Below, piece by piece: positions 24,097-24,305 of a stretch of DNA of 24,305 nucleotides. This DNA is from Candidatus Nanohaloarchaea archaeon (GTDB lineage Archaea; Nanohalarchaeota; Nanosalinia; Nanosalinales; Nanosalinaceae), in the NCBI GenBank assembly GCA_046539225.1, contig JBKHHG010000008.1, positions 1 through 24,305 on the forward strand, given 5' to 3'. The notes under the pieces were generated by a model. The model did no database searches, had not been told where the DNA came from, and saw only the letters and a list, made by a program, of their open reading frames with translations. The translations under genes were made by a program, and so were the position numbers. Positions within the stretch are counted from its first letter, which is position 1. Every line of letters begins with the position of its first letter.

Positions 24097-24305
24097 ATGA
24101 ATAGAAAATTATTGGTCTCTTCGCTCTTCATACTGCTTCTAATAGGATTTGCTTCTGCACAACTCAGTAAAGAAACTCACTATAGTTCTCAGTTTGAGGT
24201 GCAGATAAGCTGTGACATGCTGGAAAAATGTGATTCTGATGCAGGAGGTTCAGTAGAGGTTTGTACACATTCTGCATCAGCGAACACAGAAACTTCGGAT
24301 ACCGT
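24097..24305 (+). CDS. Secreted protein, N-terminal part (runs off the window; not in the ORF track)
   Basis: MNRKLLVSSLFILLLIGFASA-QLSKETHYSSQFEVQISCDMLEKCDSDAGGSVEVCTH..., a Sec signal peptide with an ASA cleavage site and no stop before the window end. Confidence 0.75.
   Translation, partial: MNRKLLVSSLFILLLIGFASAQLSKETHYSSQFEVQISCDMLEKCDSDAGGSVEVCTHSASANTETSDT

Overview
This is a compact, gene-dense archaeal chromosome segment. The proteins are very acidic (Glu-rich), the informational genes are archaeal-type, spacers are minimal and GC is moderate. It most resembles a nanohaloarchaeon (DPANN), but that is inferred from the sequence, not from a database search. The window holds: a partial DUF460-like gene; an archaeosortase/exosortase-family gene; an A24 prepilin peptidase divergent from an HTH/coiled-coil gene and a type IV pilus ATPase; rpl18a(eL20)-pfdA-ftsY; a minus-strand run of small genes including two apparently catalytically dead enzymes; srp54; a YfcE-type phosphodiesterase; a YdbS/YdbT-like PH-domain pair; pus10-rpl21e-rpo4-DUF655-rsmA-pyrG-hemK; a 920-aa surface glycoprotein; a SPOUT methyltransferase; DUF1512; and the start of a secreted protein. 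I saw no rRNA, tRNA, CRISPR array or mobile element. The most striking signal is not a gene. The palindrome AGGCCT occurs about 110 times by hand count (about one per 220 bp, against about 5-6 expected), in all three codon frames and in non-coding DNA. It behaves like a highly iterated palindrome comparable to cyanobacterial HIP1.
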